The notes under the pieces: generated by a model
Told to the model about the DNA's origin: nothing
Database searches by the model: none
Seen by the model: the letters and a program-made list of their open reading frames with translations, nothing else
Part shown: piece by piece, positions 38,888-48,640 of the stretch
Numbering within the stretch: the first letter of the stretch is position 1
Layout: the number at the start of each line of letters is the position of its first letter
Assembly (NCBI GenBank): GCA_027494135.1
Contig: JAOSJK010000023.1
Coordinates: 12,558 to 76,557, forward strand
Direction: 5' to 3'
DNA length: 64,000 nucleotides
Source of the DNA: Acidimicrobiia bacterium
GTDB lineage: Bacteria; Actinomycetota; Acidimicrobiia; IMCC26256; PALSA-610
Made by a program: the position numbers and the translations under genes

Positions 38888-40051
38888 TCATCTCCGCAGG
38901 ATCACGAGGCTGCCGTCGCCGAAGTCTCCCCAGCCCGTTACGACCCCGATCTCCGCATCGCGCACCTGACGCTCGCCGGCGTCTCCCCGAAGCTGGCGGG
39001 TGGCCTCGATCACGTGATTGAGGCCCCAGAGGTGAGCCTCCGACAGGAGTCCCCCATGGGTGTTGAGCGGGAACTCGCCACCGAGCTCGATCCGCCCGTC
39101 GCGCACGAAGGCCCCACCCTCGCCGGCCTTGCAGAGACCGAGCGCCTCGATCTGGAGCAGCACGACGTAGGTGAAGCAGTCGTAGATCTGGAGGAAGTCG
39201 ACGTCCGCGGGCTCGATGCCGGCCATCTGGAACGCCTTGGGGGCGGCGTAGGAGAGGCCGACGCGCAACATGTCCGGCCGGCCGGCGATGTCATCGGCAG
39301 GGTAGGGATGTCCTTCGGCGCCGCCCATGATGTAGACGGGCCGGTGCGGACAGTCGCGGGCGCGCTCGGCGCTCGTGAGGACCACCGCGCAGGCGCCGTC
39401 CGTCTCGAGACAGCAGTCATAGAGCCGCAACGGCTCCGAGATCCAGCGGGCGTTCATGTACTGATCGAGGCTGAGCGGCCGCCCCTTCATCAGCGCGCGA
39501 TCGTTCTTCTGTGCGTTCTTGCGGCACGCGATCGCGACGGCGGCCATGTCCTCGTAGCGCGTTCCGTATGTCTTCATGTGGCGCGTCGCGATCCACGAGT
39601 ACATCTGCGCGGGGGCGACGGCGCCGTAGGGTACGTAATAGGACACCATCGCCCGCCTCATGGCGGGAACGTTGATGCTCTCGCGCCGCACACCGGGCTT
39701 CGGACGCATCGCGGAATAGCCGAGCCAGCCGAGCGGGATGAGGATGTTCTGCGCGATTCCGTGGGACAGCGCCGTTGCGGCGCTCTGGAGTGTCGAGGTG
39801 GGGCTGGCTCCGCCCATCTGCACCGTGGCCGCATAGCGCAGATCCTCGATGCCGAAGTTCGCGGCGATTTCCTCCGCGCTGATGTTGACCGGCGGCAGCA
39901 CCAGCCCGTCGATCTCGCTGCTACGCAGTCCGGCGTCGGCGATGGCGGCGCGCGAGGCCTCCAGCATCAGCTCGGCGGAGCTGCGGTCGGCACCCCGCAC
40001 GTAGTCGGTCTCGCCGACGCCGATGATGGCGGCGCGGTCCTTGAAGCTCAT
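38888..40051 (-). CDS. thiolase-fold protein without the nucleophilic Cys (Ltp2-like aldolase candidate)
   Basis: 387-aa ORF with [11 protein letters not shown] and [11 protein letters not shown]. The position where thiolases carry C.SG reads [10 protein letters not shown]. Confidence 0.8.
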   Translation of the reverse strand: MSFKDRAAIIGVGETDYVRGADRSSAELMLEASRAAIADAGLRSSEIDGLVLPPVNISAEEIAANFGIEDLRYAATVQMGGASPTSTLQSAATALSHGIAQNILIPLGWLGYSAMRPKPGVRRESINVPAMRRAMVSYYVPYGAVAPAQMYSWIATRHMKTYGTRYEDMAAVAIACRKNAQKNDRALMKGRPLSLDQYMNARWISEPLRLYDCCLETDGACAVVLTSAERARDCPHRPVYIMGGAEGHPYPADDIAGRPDMLRVGLSYAAPKAFQMAGIEPADVDFLQIYDCFTYVVLLQIEALGLCKAGEGGAFVRDGRIELGGEFPLNTHGGLLSEAHLWGLNHVIEATRQLRGDAGERQVRDAEIGVVTGWGDFGDGSLVILRR

Positions 40052-40175
40052 CGCAGGAGATCCATGTCGGCTCCCTCGGGTTCGTTCCCTCCGGATCGTA
40101 TCGCGGCCATTTCAGATTGACAACGATCCTTTCTTATGCGAAACAAGCAGGCCGGACGCGGAGAAGGATCGACGC

Positions 40176-40940
40176 ATGGCGGGGCGTCTCGACGGCAAGG
40201 TGGTCCTGATCAGCGGGGCCGCGCGCGGGCAGGGTGCCGCGGAGGCCCGGCTCTTCGCCCGCGAGGGCGCACGACTCGCCCTGGGCGACGTGCTCGACGA
40301 GCCGCTCGCGAAGCTCGCGGCAGAACTCGCATCCGGCGGCCACGAGGTCCTGGCTCGGCGCCACGACGTGAGCAGCGAGCTGGAGTGGCAGGAGTTCGTC
40401 GGCGCCGTCGAGTATCGATTCGGGCGGCTCGACGTGCTCGTGAACAACGCGGGCGTCGTGGATCCGGCCGGGGTCGAGGCGACCGGAAGGGAGACCTGGG
40501 ACCGCATCTTGGCCGTGAACCAGACCGGCACCTGGCTGGGCATGAAGGCAGCGGCGCCGCTGCTCAGGCGGTCCGGCGGCGGCTCGATCGTCAACGTGAG
40601 CTCGATCTTCGGGCTGATCGGCAGCGGCGGGTCTGCCGCCTATCATGGCACCAAGGGGGCCGTGCGCCTGCTCACCAAGACCGCGGCGCTCGAGTTCGCG
40701 GGCGACGGCATCCGCGTGAACTCGATCCATCCCGGCTACATCGATACCCCGATGCTTCGCGACGTGGCCGGTGACTTCACCCCGGAGCAGATCGAGGCCG
40801 TCGTCGCCACGAGCGTGCCTCTCGGCCGCCTCGGCCTCCCCGAGGACATCGCCGCGGGCGCCCTCTACCTCGCGAGCGACGAGTCCGCCTATGTGACGGG
40901 AAGCGAGCTGGTGATCGACGGCGGGGTGACCGCGCGCTGA
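40176..40940 (+). CDS. SDR, 3-alpha(or 20-beta)-hydroxysteroid dehydrogenase-like
   Basis: ATG at 40176 after ggagaagg. Motifs: GKVVLISGAARGQGAAEARLFAREGA, VLVNNAG, YHGTKGAVR, IRVNSIHPGYIDTPM, YLASDESAYVTGSELVIDGG. Confidence 0.85.
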   Translation: MAGRLDGKVVLISGAARGQGAAEARLFAREGARLALGDVLDEPLAKLAAELASGGHEVLARRHDVSSELEWQEFVGAVEYRFGRLDVLVNNAGVVDPAGVEATGRETWDRILAVNQTGTWLGMKAAAPLLRRSGGGSIVNVSSIFGLIGSGGSAAYHGTKGAVRLLTKTAALEFAGDGIRVNSIHPGYIDTPMLRDVAGDFTPEQIEAVVATSVPLGRLGLPEDIAAGALYLASDESAYVTGSELVIDGGVTAR

Positions 40941-40958
40941 AGCCGGCCGTGAAGGGTG

Positions 40959-40993
40959 TTTCCGATCCGCCAAGGAGCATTGAGCATCCGAAA
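40959..40993. promoter_or_regulatory. split/degenerate copy of the operator half-sites (TTTCCGATC ... ATCCGAAA)
   Basis: TTTCCGATCCGCCA at 40959-40972 and ATCCGAAA at 40986-40993, upstream of the NMO gene (TTG at 41048). The geometry differs from the strong sites. Confidence 0.25.
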
Positions 40994-41047
40994 TAGGCGT
41001 GCTAGACATCAAGGGTTGCTCGGGCACCCCGACGAAGGAGCCTCCGG

Positions 41048-42184
41048 TTGGCCCTGCACACCCGCATCTGCGAGCTGTTCGAGATCCAGGTTCCGATCGT
41101 CCTCGCCGGCATGGGCGGGGCTTCCACGCCCGACCTCGCCGCCGCCGTGTCGAACGCTGGCGGCCTGGGGATCCTCGGAGCCGCCGCCTGCGGTCCGAAC
41201 CAGCTGCGGGCATGGATCGTGCGAACCCGTGAGCTCACCGACAAGCCGTTCGGCGTCGACACGCTGCTCCCCGCCTCGGTCCGCCGCGGGTCGCTCGAGC
41301 CGCGGAAGGGGCCTTCGCCCCTGGACCAGCTTCCGGCGCACAAGGCCTTCGCGAAGGAATTCATGGAGCGGGAAGGGCTCGCAGACCTTCCTCCCATGGA
41401 TCAAGCCCGGCAGAGCGGCTTCGGGAACGAGCTCGACCGCGGCGGTCCGGCGCCGCTGACGAAGGAGTTCTTCGAGGCGCAGATGGAGGTGGTGATCGAG
41501 GAGCGTGTTCCGGTGTATGCCGCAGGACTCGGCAACCCCGGCCCGTATGTCGATCGTCTGCATGCGAACGGGACGAAGGTGATGGCGGTGGTGGGGCAAA
41601 CCTACCATGCCCGCCAGGTGGCCGAGGCGGGGATCGACGCGATCGTGGCCCAGGGGCACGATGGGGGCGGTCACAACGCGCCGGTGGGGACGATGGCGCT
41701 GATTCCCCAGGTCAAGGATGCCGTCGGCGACCTTCCCGTGCTGGGCGCGGGAGCCATCGCAGACGGACGCTCGGTGGCGGCCGCCCTGATGCTGGGTGCG
41801 GAGGGCGTCTGGGTCGGCACGGCCTTCCTGGCGACGCACGAGGCCGGCATCCTGGACTTCCAGAAGCAGGCCCTCGTCGAAGGCAGCGACGCCTCGACCA
41901 CGATCTCGCGCTCCATCACCGGCAAGCCCGCCCGGGTGATCCGCAGCAAGTGGACCCAGGCCTGGGAGGAGGGCGACCTCGCGCCGCTTCCGATGCCGTA
42001 TCAGTCGATGATCGCCATGCCCGTGCTCGCCGCCGCCATGCGCGCGGCGCGCGGCGACGTGGCCCCCGGGTTCGCGGGTCAGGGGCTGGGCCTGATCCGC
42101 CAGGTCCGCTCCGCGGCCGAAGTGCTCGAGGACCTCGTGAAGGGCGCCGAGCGCGCGCTCTCCACGGGCGCCTCGCTCTGCTGA
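41048..42184 (+). CDS. nitronate monooxygenase-like FMN enzyme (copy 2)
   Basis: 378-aa ORF (TTG start, gaaggag RBS) with IVLAGMGGAS, AQGHDGGGHN and GAGAIADGRS. Confidence 0.85.
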   Translation: MALHTRICELFEIQVPIVLAGMGGASTPDLAAAVSNAGGLGILGAAACGPNQLRAWIVRTRELTDKPFGVDTLLPASVRRGSLEPRKGPSPLDQLPAHKAFAKEFMEREGLADLPPMDQARQSGFGNELDRGGPAPLTKEFFEAQMEVVIEERVPVYAAGLGNPGPYVDRLHANGTKVMAVVGQTYHARQVAEAGIDAIVAQGHDGGGHNAPVGTMALIPQVKDAVGDLPVLGAGAIADGRSVAAALMLGAEGVWVGTAFLATHEAGILDFQKQALVEGSDASTTISRSITGKPARVIRSKWTQAWEEGDLAPLPMPYQSMIAMPVLAAAMRAARGDVAPGFAGQGLGLIRQVRSAAEVLEDLVKGAERALSTGASLC

Positions 42185-42213
42185 AGACCCCATCGGGGGA
42201 GAGGAATGAGAGT

Positions 42214-43686
42214 GTGAATCACGCCGAGCTTGCAAAGGAGGTCGGACTCGGGAGCCCTCGCCGTCTGCTGATCGGCGGCGACCTGGTCGAGCCGCGCGAG
42301 ACCTTCGCGAGCCTCGATCCCACGACGGGCATCGAGCTTTCGCGGGTGCCGGCAGCGGGTGTCGATGACGTGGATGCGGCGGTCGCGGCGGCGCGGGGGG
42401 CGTTCGACGAGGGGGACTGGGCACACGACCCAGGTAGACGCGTTCGGACCCTCACGAAGCTCGCGTCGCTCCTGAAGGCGCATTCGGAGGAGCTGGCCAC
42501 GATCGAGTCGCTCGATGTCGGCATGCTGCGCCCGGCGGCGCAGCGCTTCGGCGCGCGCGCCATGGTGCGGAACCTGGAGTACTACGCAAGCTGGGCGGAC
42601 AAGATCTACGGAGACGTGCTGCCCCAGAGCGCTGGCTCGAGCTTCGCCTACACCCGACGGGAGCCGCTGGGCGTCGTGGCGTCGATCTTCGCCTGGAACT
42701 CCCCGATGCTGTTCCTCGGCAGCAAGGTCGGCCCCGCGCTCGCGTCCGGCAATACCCTCGTCCTCAAGCCCTCCGAGCTCGGCTCGCTCACGGCGCTCCG
42801 CTTCGCCGAGCTCTGCGTCGAGGCAGACGTTCCACCCGGGGTGATCAATGTGGTCACCGGGGCGGGCGAGGTCGGCGAGCGCCTGGTCGGGCATGGCGGG
42901 GTCGACAAGATCAGCTTCACCGGCGGCACCGCTACCGGGAAGAGGATCGCCGCTTCCGCCGCAACCACCCTGAAGAAGGTGCACCTGGAGCTCGGGGGCA
43001 AGTCGCCGAACGTCGTGTTCGCCGACGCTGATCTCGACAGGGCCGCGAGCGGGGCGGCCATGGGCTGCTTCGCGATGACGGGGCAGGCCTGCATCGCCGG
43101 CAGCCGCCTGTTCGTGCACGATGACGTGCACGATGCGTTCGTCGAGCGGATCTCAGCGGCAGCGCGCGCCCTCAAGGTGGGCGATCCTTTCGAGAAGGGC
43201 GTGATGCTCGGCCCCGTGATCTCGGACGCCGCGCGCCAGCGGATCGAGAAGTTCGTGAGCGAGGCCTGCGAGTCGGGCTCGAAGCTCGTGGCGGGGGGCG
43301 GTCGCCCGAAGGACGCTCCGGAAGGCGGCTACTTCGTCGAGCCGGCGGTCTTTACCGACGTAGACCGGGATTCCCGTCTCGCCCGCGAAGAAGTATTCGG
43401 TCCCGTGCTCAGCGTGTTTCGTTTCCGTGAACTGGAAGAGGTCGTCGCCGCGGCCAACGACACCCCGTACGGTCTGGCGGCGGGAGTCTGGACCCGCGAC
43501 GTGGGCAAGGCGCACCGCATCGCCCATGCGCTGCGCGCCGGCATCGTCTGGGTGAACACCTACGGCCAGCTCCCGTACACAGTCCCCTTCGGCGGGTTCA
43601 AGCAGAGCGGCCAAGGCCGGGAGGGCGGGCGCGAGGCGATCGAGGAGTACACGCAGATCAAGAGCATTCAGATGGAGATCGGCTGA
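42214..43686 (+). CDS. NAD(P)-dependent aldehyde dehydrogenase
   Basis: GTG at 42214, in frame with ORF 41950..43686. Motifs: FAWNSPM, LELGGKSPNVVF, GQACIAGSRLFV. Confidence 0.9.
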   Translation: MNHAELAKEVGLGSPRRLLIGGDLVEPRETFASLDPTTGIELSRVPAAGVDDVDAAVAAARGAFDEGDWAHDPGRRVRTLTKLASLLKAHSEELATIESLDVGMLRPAAQRFGARAMVRNLEYYASWADKIYGDVLPQSAGSSFAYTRREPLGVVASIFAWNSPMLFLGSKVGPALASGNTLVLKPSELGSLTALRFAELCVEADVPPGVINVVTGAGEVGERLVGHGGVDKISFTGGTATGKRIAASAATTLKKVHLELGGKSPNVVFADADLDRAASGAAMGCFAMTGQACIAGSRLFVHDDVHDAFVERISAAARALKVGDPFEKGVMLGPVISDAARQRIEKFVSEACESGSKLVAGGGRPKDAPEGGYFVEPAVFTDVDRDSRLAREEVFGPVLSVFRFRELEEVVAAANDTPYGLAAGVWTRDVGKAHRIAHALRAGIVWVNTYGQLPYTVPFGGFKQSGQGREGGREAIEEYTQIKSIQMEIG

Positions 43687-43771
43687 GCAGCAACGGAGCC
43701 AGGCGGATGCGGGCTGCATCCCGCGGTCCGGAAGCTGGTGCCGGTTCCGACACCACGGAGGGAGATCGATC

Positions 43772-44720
43772 ATGAAGCGATTCATCCAGCACGAGGAGCT
43801 GGCGCGCGACTCCCGATTCGTGCGCCAGAGCAACGTGATAACGACCGTTCTCGCGCAGCTGCCCGACGAGGTGGACGCCGTGGTCGAGATTCTCGACCGC
43901 TTCGGCCCGATGATCGAGCGCTCCGTGCAGGAGACGGATGCCCAGCCGCTTTTCGAGGCGTACGGTCCGGCCTTCATGCTCGTCGCCCTGAACGAGCCCC
44001 TCCGCCCGGAGGACCCCGCCGTCGACACGCGCCTCAAGCTCCGCTTCCACGGCATCTTCGTCGGGGAGCTCCAGGCGCTCGAGGGGGCCGGGCGTTCGCT
44101 GTGGGACTTCCCCGACGCACCGTGGGAGTTCAAGATGAACATGGCGCGGCAGTGCTGGGACGAGGCACGCCACGTACAGATCTACGAGAAGCTGCTCGAG
44201 CACGTCGGCGGCCGGATCGGGATGTTCCCCGAGAGCACGTTCCTCTTCGAGTGCGCCTGCAACGACGATCCCGCCATGCGCGTCGCCGGTGTGAACCGGG
44301 GTCTCGAGGGGCTGGCCTGCGACGTTTTCCGCGACATGATCCGCTACGCGGAGAAGACCGGGGACGAGAAGATGCGGCAGGCGATCGACTACGTACTGGC
44401 CGACGAGCCTCACCCATGTGCGGTTCGGCAGCGATTGGGTGCGCGAGTTCACGAAGGACGACCCGAACCATTTCGAGAAGACGCAGGCGTTCCGCCGGGA
44501 GGTCGACAAGCAGTTCAGTCTCGGCGGCGCGCGCTCGGACCGCGAGGACGCCGCGATCCCCATCGCCTGGGAGGACCGGAAGGACGCTGGCTTCACCGAG
44601 GAGGAACTTCGCGAGCTGGCGCAGCTGTCGGGGGACGGCCCGTCGCGGGAGACTCTTCGCCAGGCGGCCAGGATCCTGCGCGAGCGCCACTTCGCGCGAC
44701 GCGCGGAGGCACGCACATGA
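43772..44720 (+). CDS. ferritin-like (DUF455-like) putative diiron protein, frame disrupted at 44405-44411
   Basis: Motifs: GELQALEGAG, QCWDEARHVQIYEKLL, LEGLACDVF. Then ...LADE switches frame to LTHVRFGSDWVRE (ORF 44418..44720). Removing one C from gagcctc restores ADELTHV, a second E-x-x-H. Confidence 0.6.
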
Positions 44721-45406
44721 GCAGCCCCCCTCGCTTGTACCCTGGCACGGGGCCCGACGAGCGGACCAGCTTCGCTCCCTACTCGGCGTTCGACGTGCCC
44801 GCCGATCTGCGCGAGCTGCGCGGTCGCTACGACGTCGAGGCCATGGCACGCCGCGTCCGGAACTTCCGCTACGCGCACGAGTGGACCATGATGATCATGG
44901 GTGGCTGGGTAGCCACCATCCCGGAGCTGCCGGTGAAGACGGGTCTGGGCAAGATCATCTGGGAGGATGCCCAGAGCGCCGATCAGCTCGGTCGGCGGCT
45001 GCCTGAGCTGCGTTGTGGCAGGCGGGCGTTGACCGCCTCCGAGGCTCCCAACGAGGGCTTCGCCTCGTTCGTCCAGGAGATTGCCGCGCCCGATTCACCG
45101 GACCTCACCATCGAGAAGCTCGCCGGCGTCTTCGACGTCCTCAAGCCTCATCTGCTCCGGGTCTACGAGCGCATGCAGCGGGAGACGGATCAGATCGCCG
45201 ACGCTCCGACCATCGAGATCCTCGATGACGTCATGCGCCGTACGCGCAGGCACGTCGCCTGGGGCACCGAGGTACTCGACCGTCTCTGCGACACCGACGG
45301 CAAGAAGGAACGCCGCCGCAGGCACGCGACCGAGCTGCGTGAGCTGCTCGAGAGATCCGGCGGCGTGACCGGCGAGATCCGGGACGAGAGCACGCTGAGC
45401 CACTGA
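44717..45406 (+). CDS. conserved hypothetical, helical, translationally coupled partner of the ferritin-like protein
   Basis: ATG at 44717 overlaps the upstream stop (ATGA). 229 aa: MSSPPRLYPGTG...FRYAHEWTMMIMGGW...IEILDDVMRRTRRHVAWG. I recognise no family with confidence. Confidence 0.55.
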   Translation: MSSPPRLYPGTGPDERTSFAPYSAFDVPADLRELRGRYDVEAMARRVRNFRYAHEWTMMIMGGWVATIPELPVKTGLGKIIWEDAQSADQLGRRLPELRCGRRALTASEAPNEGFASFVQEIAAPDSPDLTIEKLAGVFDVLKPHLLRVYERMQRETDQIADAPTIEILDDVMRRTRRHVAWGTEVLDRLCDTDGKKERRRRHATELRELLERSGGVTGEIRDESTLSH

Positions 45407-45464
45407 GCCTCGCCCCTTCGCAAGGGGATCGAGCGCGATCGCGTCGGTTGCCTTCGCGATCTCG

Positions 45465-46547
45465 TCAATCGAACGTGAAGACCTGGCGTGCGACTTGCCC
45501 CTCGCGGAGGGCAGCCATGGCATCGTTCACGTCGCCGAGCGATACGCGCCGCGAGATCAGCTCGTCCAGGTGCAGGCGGCCCGCGAGGTAGAAGTCGACG
45601 AAGCGCGGCATGTCGAGCCGAAACTGGGTGGAGCCCATCGCCGAGCCCTGCAGCCGCTTCTCGGTCAGGAGATCCATGCCCGGGATCTCGATCTTCGCTC
45701 CGATCGGGAGCATGCCGATGACGGTGGCGACGCCACCGGCCCGGAGCATGGCCCAGGCCTGTTCGGCCGTCTCCTTCCGCCCGATCGCCTCGAACGCGTA
45801 GTCGACGCCGCCGCCCGAGATCTCGTGCACCTGCGCGACTGCGTCGTCTTTGGAAGCGTCCACGGTGTGCGTCGCCCCGAACTTCCGCGCCAGGTCGAGC
45901 TTCGTCCCGATCCGATCGACGGCAATGATCCGGTTCGCACCCGCGAGCGCGGCGCCGTTCACGGCGCTCAGCCCAACGCCACCGCAGCCGACGATGGCCA
46001 CGTCCGAGCCAGCCTCGACGCCGGCGGTGCGGATCACGGCCCCGACGCCCGTGGTGACCCCACACCCGATCAACGCCGCCCGGTCGAGGGGCATGTCCTT
46101 GCGGATCTTCACCACGGCGTTCTCGTGCACCAGCATCTGCTCCGCGAACCCCCCGAGATTCGCAAACTGGGTGACTGGCCTGCCGTCCTTGGAGAGTCTC
46201 GGCGGGGCTCCCTTCGGGCGTCGGGTGCCGCTTCCCCCGCACAGGGAGGGGCGACCGCTCAGGCAGGAGCGACAGCGACCGCAGAAGACGGTGAGGCAGG
46301 TGATCACATGGTCGCCCGGCTCCACGTACCGCACGTCCGCGCCCACCGCCTCCACGACTCCGGCCGACTCGTGACCGAGCACGGCAGGGGGCTTGAACGG
46401 GTAGACCCCGTCGACGAAGTGGAGGTCGCTGTGGCAGAGGCCGGAGGCGGCCGTGCGGATCAGCACCTCGTTGCGATCCGGCTTGCTGATCTGGATCTCC
46501 TCGATCACCAGCGGCTCGTTGGCCTCGTAGAGAAGCGCGGCTCTCAT
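45465..46547 (-). CDS. zinc-dependent alcohol dehydrogenase (MDR), paralog of 10361-11446
   Basis: ORF 45465..46715 trimmed to the ATG at 46547 (MRAALLYEANEPL...). Motifs: GLCHSDLH, GHESAGVVEAVG, CGRCRSCLSGRPSLC. Confidence 0.9.
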   Translation of the reverse strand: MRAALLYEANEPLVIEEIQISKPDRNEVLIRTAASGLCHSDLHFVDGVYPFKPPAVLGHESAGVVEAVGADVRYVEPGDHVITCLTVFCGRCRSCLSGRPSLCGGSGTRRPKGAPPRLSKDGRPVTQFANLGGFAEQMLVHENAVVKIRKDMPLDRAALIGCGVTTGVGAVIRTAGVEAGSDVAIVGCGGVGLSAVNGAALAGANRIIAVDRIGTKLDLARKFGATHTVDASKDDAVAQVHEISGGGVDYAFEAIGRKETAEQAWAMLRAGGVATVIGMLPIGAKIEIPGMDLLTEKRLQGSAMGSTQFRLDMPRFVDFYLAGRLHLDELISRRVSLGDVNDAMAALREGQVARQVFTFD

Positions 46548-46585
46548 CGTTCGTCCTCTCGATCGGCGCCCGGAGGCGCTGGGGG

Positions 46586-46876
46586 TCAGCTCGGCTCGGG
46601 CAGTTCGACGCGATGGAGCGCGGCGGCGTTGTCCGGGAGGATCTTGCGACGCCTCGACTCGCTCCACTCCGCGGTCACCTCGACGAGGTGTTCTCGCACC
46701 GACGGATGGAGACACGTCGGATGCGGGAAGTTCGTCTCGAAGAGCTGCGGGCGCCGATCACGGGAGGAGGCCGGGGCTCGGTAGCTCCAGAGATCCGGAG
46801 GCTCGGTGATGTGGGCGTTCGTGTCGATGACGTGCAGTAGCTCGATCGAGCGGCGCACCGCTGCTCCACCCGCCAT
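46586..46876 (-). pseudogene. amidohydrolase_2 relic: N-terminal and C-terminal ends joined by an internal deletion
   Basis: 96 aa. VIDTNAHITEPPDLW is the family N-terminus. NFPHPTCLHP...SESRRRKILPDNAAALHRVEL is the family C-terminus. About 250 central residues are absent compared with 16099-17248 and 36148-37255. Confidence 0.65.
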
Positions 46877-46905
46877 GCCGGCTCCTCCCGGCGATCGGAG
46901 GACCT

Positions 46906-46919
46906 TTTCCGATCGGAAT
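46906..46919. promoter_or_regulatory. operator candidate TTTCCGATCGGAAT (1 mismatch)
   Basis: Lies in the divergent gap between the relic (start 46876) and the acyl-CoA synthetase gene (start 46966). TATTAT (46928-46933) follows 8 nt downstream. Confidence 0.6.
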
Positions 46920-46965
46920 GAATTTCGTATTATACTACACGATCAGGAAGAGACGGGCGGTCTCG

Positions 46966-48582
46966 ATGGGCACGGACTGGAACTACGCCGACGTCTGGGA
47001 GGCGCTGGCCGAGCGGATTCCCGATGCTCCGGCGCTGATCCACGGCGGGCGGGTCGTCTCGTGGCGACAGCTGGACGCGCGCGCCGACGGGGTGGCCCGC
47101 TTCCTGCTCGACAGGGGCGTGACGCAGCAGGACAAGCTCGCGCTCTACCTCTACAACGCTCCCGAGTACTTGGAGGCGAGCCTTGCTGCGCTGAAGATCG
47201 GCCTGGTTCCCGTCAACACGAACTACCGCTACCGGCAGGACGAGCTGCTCTACCTGTGGGACAATGCGGACGCGGTCGCCGTTGTGTTCCACGGCGCGCT
47301 GGCTCCGACCATCGAGGAGATCCGCGGCCAGCTGCCGAATGTCCGCACCTGGCTGTGGGTGGACGACGGCAGCGGTACCTGCCCCGAGTGGGCCGTCCCG
47401 TACGAGGAGGTCGTCTCGAAGATCGGAGGACGGGCCGAGGCGCCATGGGGCCGGAGCGGCTCCGACCTCGTGATGATCTACACGGGAGGCACGACCGGCC
47501 TGCCGAAAGGCGTGATGTGGCGTCAGCACGATCTGTTCCGGGCGTTCGACACAGCGGGGCTGGTGGCCTGCGGCAGCGCGCAAGGGATCGCGGCGAGGGC
47601 GGGAGAGGGCGTACAGCGGCCTGTGGGGCTCCCCGCCTGTCCACTCATGCACGGCACGGGTTTCCTCTTCGCCATCGCGACGCTCAGCCAGGGAGGCGCG
47701 GTGGTAACGCTCGAGGCGCGTTCGTTCGTTGCCGAGGAGCTCCTCGATACGATCGTTCGATCTCGTGTGACCGGGATCGCGATCGTAGGCGATGCGTTCT
47801 GTCGGCCCATCGTCGATGCGCTCGACGCCGCTCCGGGGCGATGGGATCTCTCCAGTCTCGCGATGGTGGCTTCCGCCGGCGTCATGTGGAGCGCGGAGGT
47901 GAAGGAGCGCCTCCTCGCCCATGCGCCCGGGACCGTGCTGGCCGATCTGCTCGGCAGCACCGAAGCCCACGGCATGGGCCGCTCCGTCTCCCATCGCGGC
48001 CACGAGGCGAAGACCGCGAGGTTCACTCTCGGCGAGAACGCCTTCGTGATCGATGACGATGCCAAGCCCGTCGAGCCGGGGTCCGGGGTGGTGGGGCGCA
48101 TCGCCGTGAAGGGCCTGGTTCCCGTCGGCTACTACAAGGACCCCGAGAAGACCGCTCGAACCTTCATCGAAATCGACGACGTGCGCTGCTCCGTTCCCGG
48201 AGACCATGCGACCGTCGAGGCGGACGGCACGATCACGCTGCTTGGACGCGGCTCCGTCTGCATCAACACAGGAGGCGAGAAGGTGTTCCCCGAGGAGGTC
48301 GAAGAGGCATTGAAGACTCACGCCGCGGTTCAGGACGCAACGGTGGTCGGCGTCCCGGACGAGCGCTTCGGCCAGGCAATCGTCGCCGTTGTCGAGCTCC
48401 GCGCGGGTGCCTCGGTCGAGCCCGTGGAGCTCGTCGACCATGTCGAGGGCCGGCTGGCCGGATACAAGAAGCCACGCCACGTACTGGTTGTCGATTCGGT
48501 GGGTCGGGCGCCGAATGGGAAGGCGGACTACGCCGGCGTGCAGCGGATCGCAGCCGAGTGGCGCGCGAAGCAGTCGCGCTGA
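46966..48582 (+). CDS. AMP-dependent acyl-CoA synthetase/ligase
   Basis: ORF 46918..48582 trimmed to the ATG at 46966, because the upstream part overlaps the predicted promoter. Motifs: MIYTGGTTGLPKGVM, GEKVFPEEVE, GKADY. Confidence 0.9.
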   Translation: MGTDWNYADVWEALAERIPDAPALIHGGRVVSWRQLDARADGVARFLLDRGVTQQDKLALYLYNAPEYLEASLAALKIGLVPVNTNYRYRQDELLYLWDNADAVAVVFHGALAPTIEEIRGQLPNVRTWLWVDDGSGTCPEWAVPYEEVVSKIGGRAEAPWGRSGSDLVMIYTGGTTGLPKGVMWRQHDLFRAFDTAGLVACGSAQGIAARAGEGVQRPVGLPACPLMHGTGFLFAIATLSQGGAVVTLEARSFVAEELLDTIVRSRVTGIAIVGDAFCRPIVDALDAAPGRWDLSSLAMVASAGVMWSAEVKERLLAHAPGTVLADLLGSTEAHGMGRSVSHRGHEAKTARFTLGENAFVIDDDAKPVEPGSGVVGRIAVKGLVPVGYYKDPEKTARTFIEIDDVRCSVPGDHATVEADGTITLLGRGSVCINTGGEKVFPEEVEEALKTHAAVQDATVVGVPDERFGQAIVAVVELRAGASVEPVELVDHVEGRLAGYKKPRHVLVVDSVGRAPNGKADYAGVQRIAAEWRAKQSR

Positions 48583-48640
48583 TCCCTCCGGCACGACGAG
48601 CGAAGCTGACAGGAGCATCCCAGTCGAAGCCTTCGAGCGT

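Noticed and set aside
40052-40175. The divergent gap between the thiolase-fold gene and the hydroxysteroid-dehydrogenase-like SDR, as a further operator site (CCTCCGGATCGTATC).
   Set aside because: It has too many mismatches to TTTCCGATCGGAAA and no fixed spacing to a -10-like hexamer.
45413-45427. Short hairpin CCCCTT-CGC-AAGGGG after the 44717-45406 gene, considered as a terminator.
   Set aside because: The stem is only 6 bp with a 3-nt loop and there is no U tract. The gap between the convergent genes is only 58 nt. The evidence is not strong enough.
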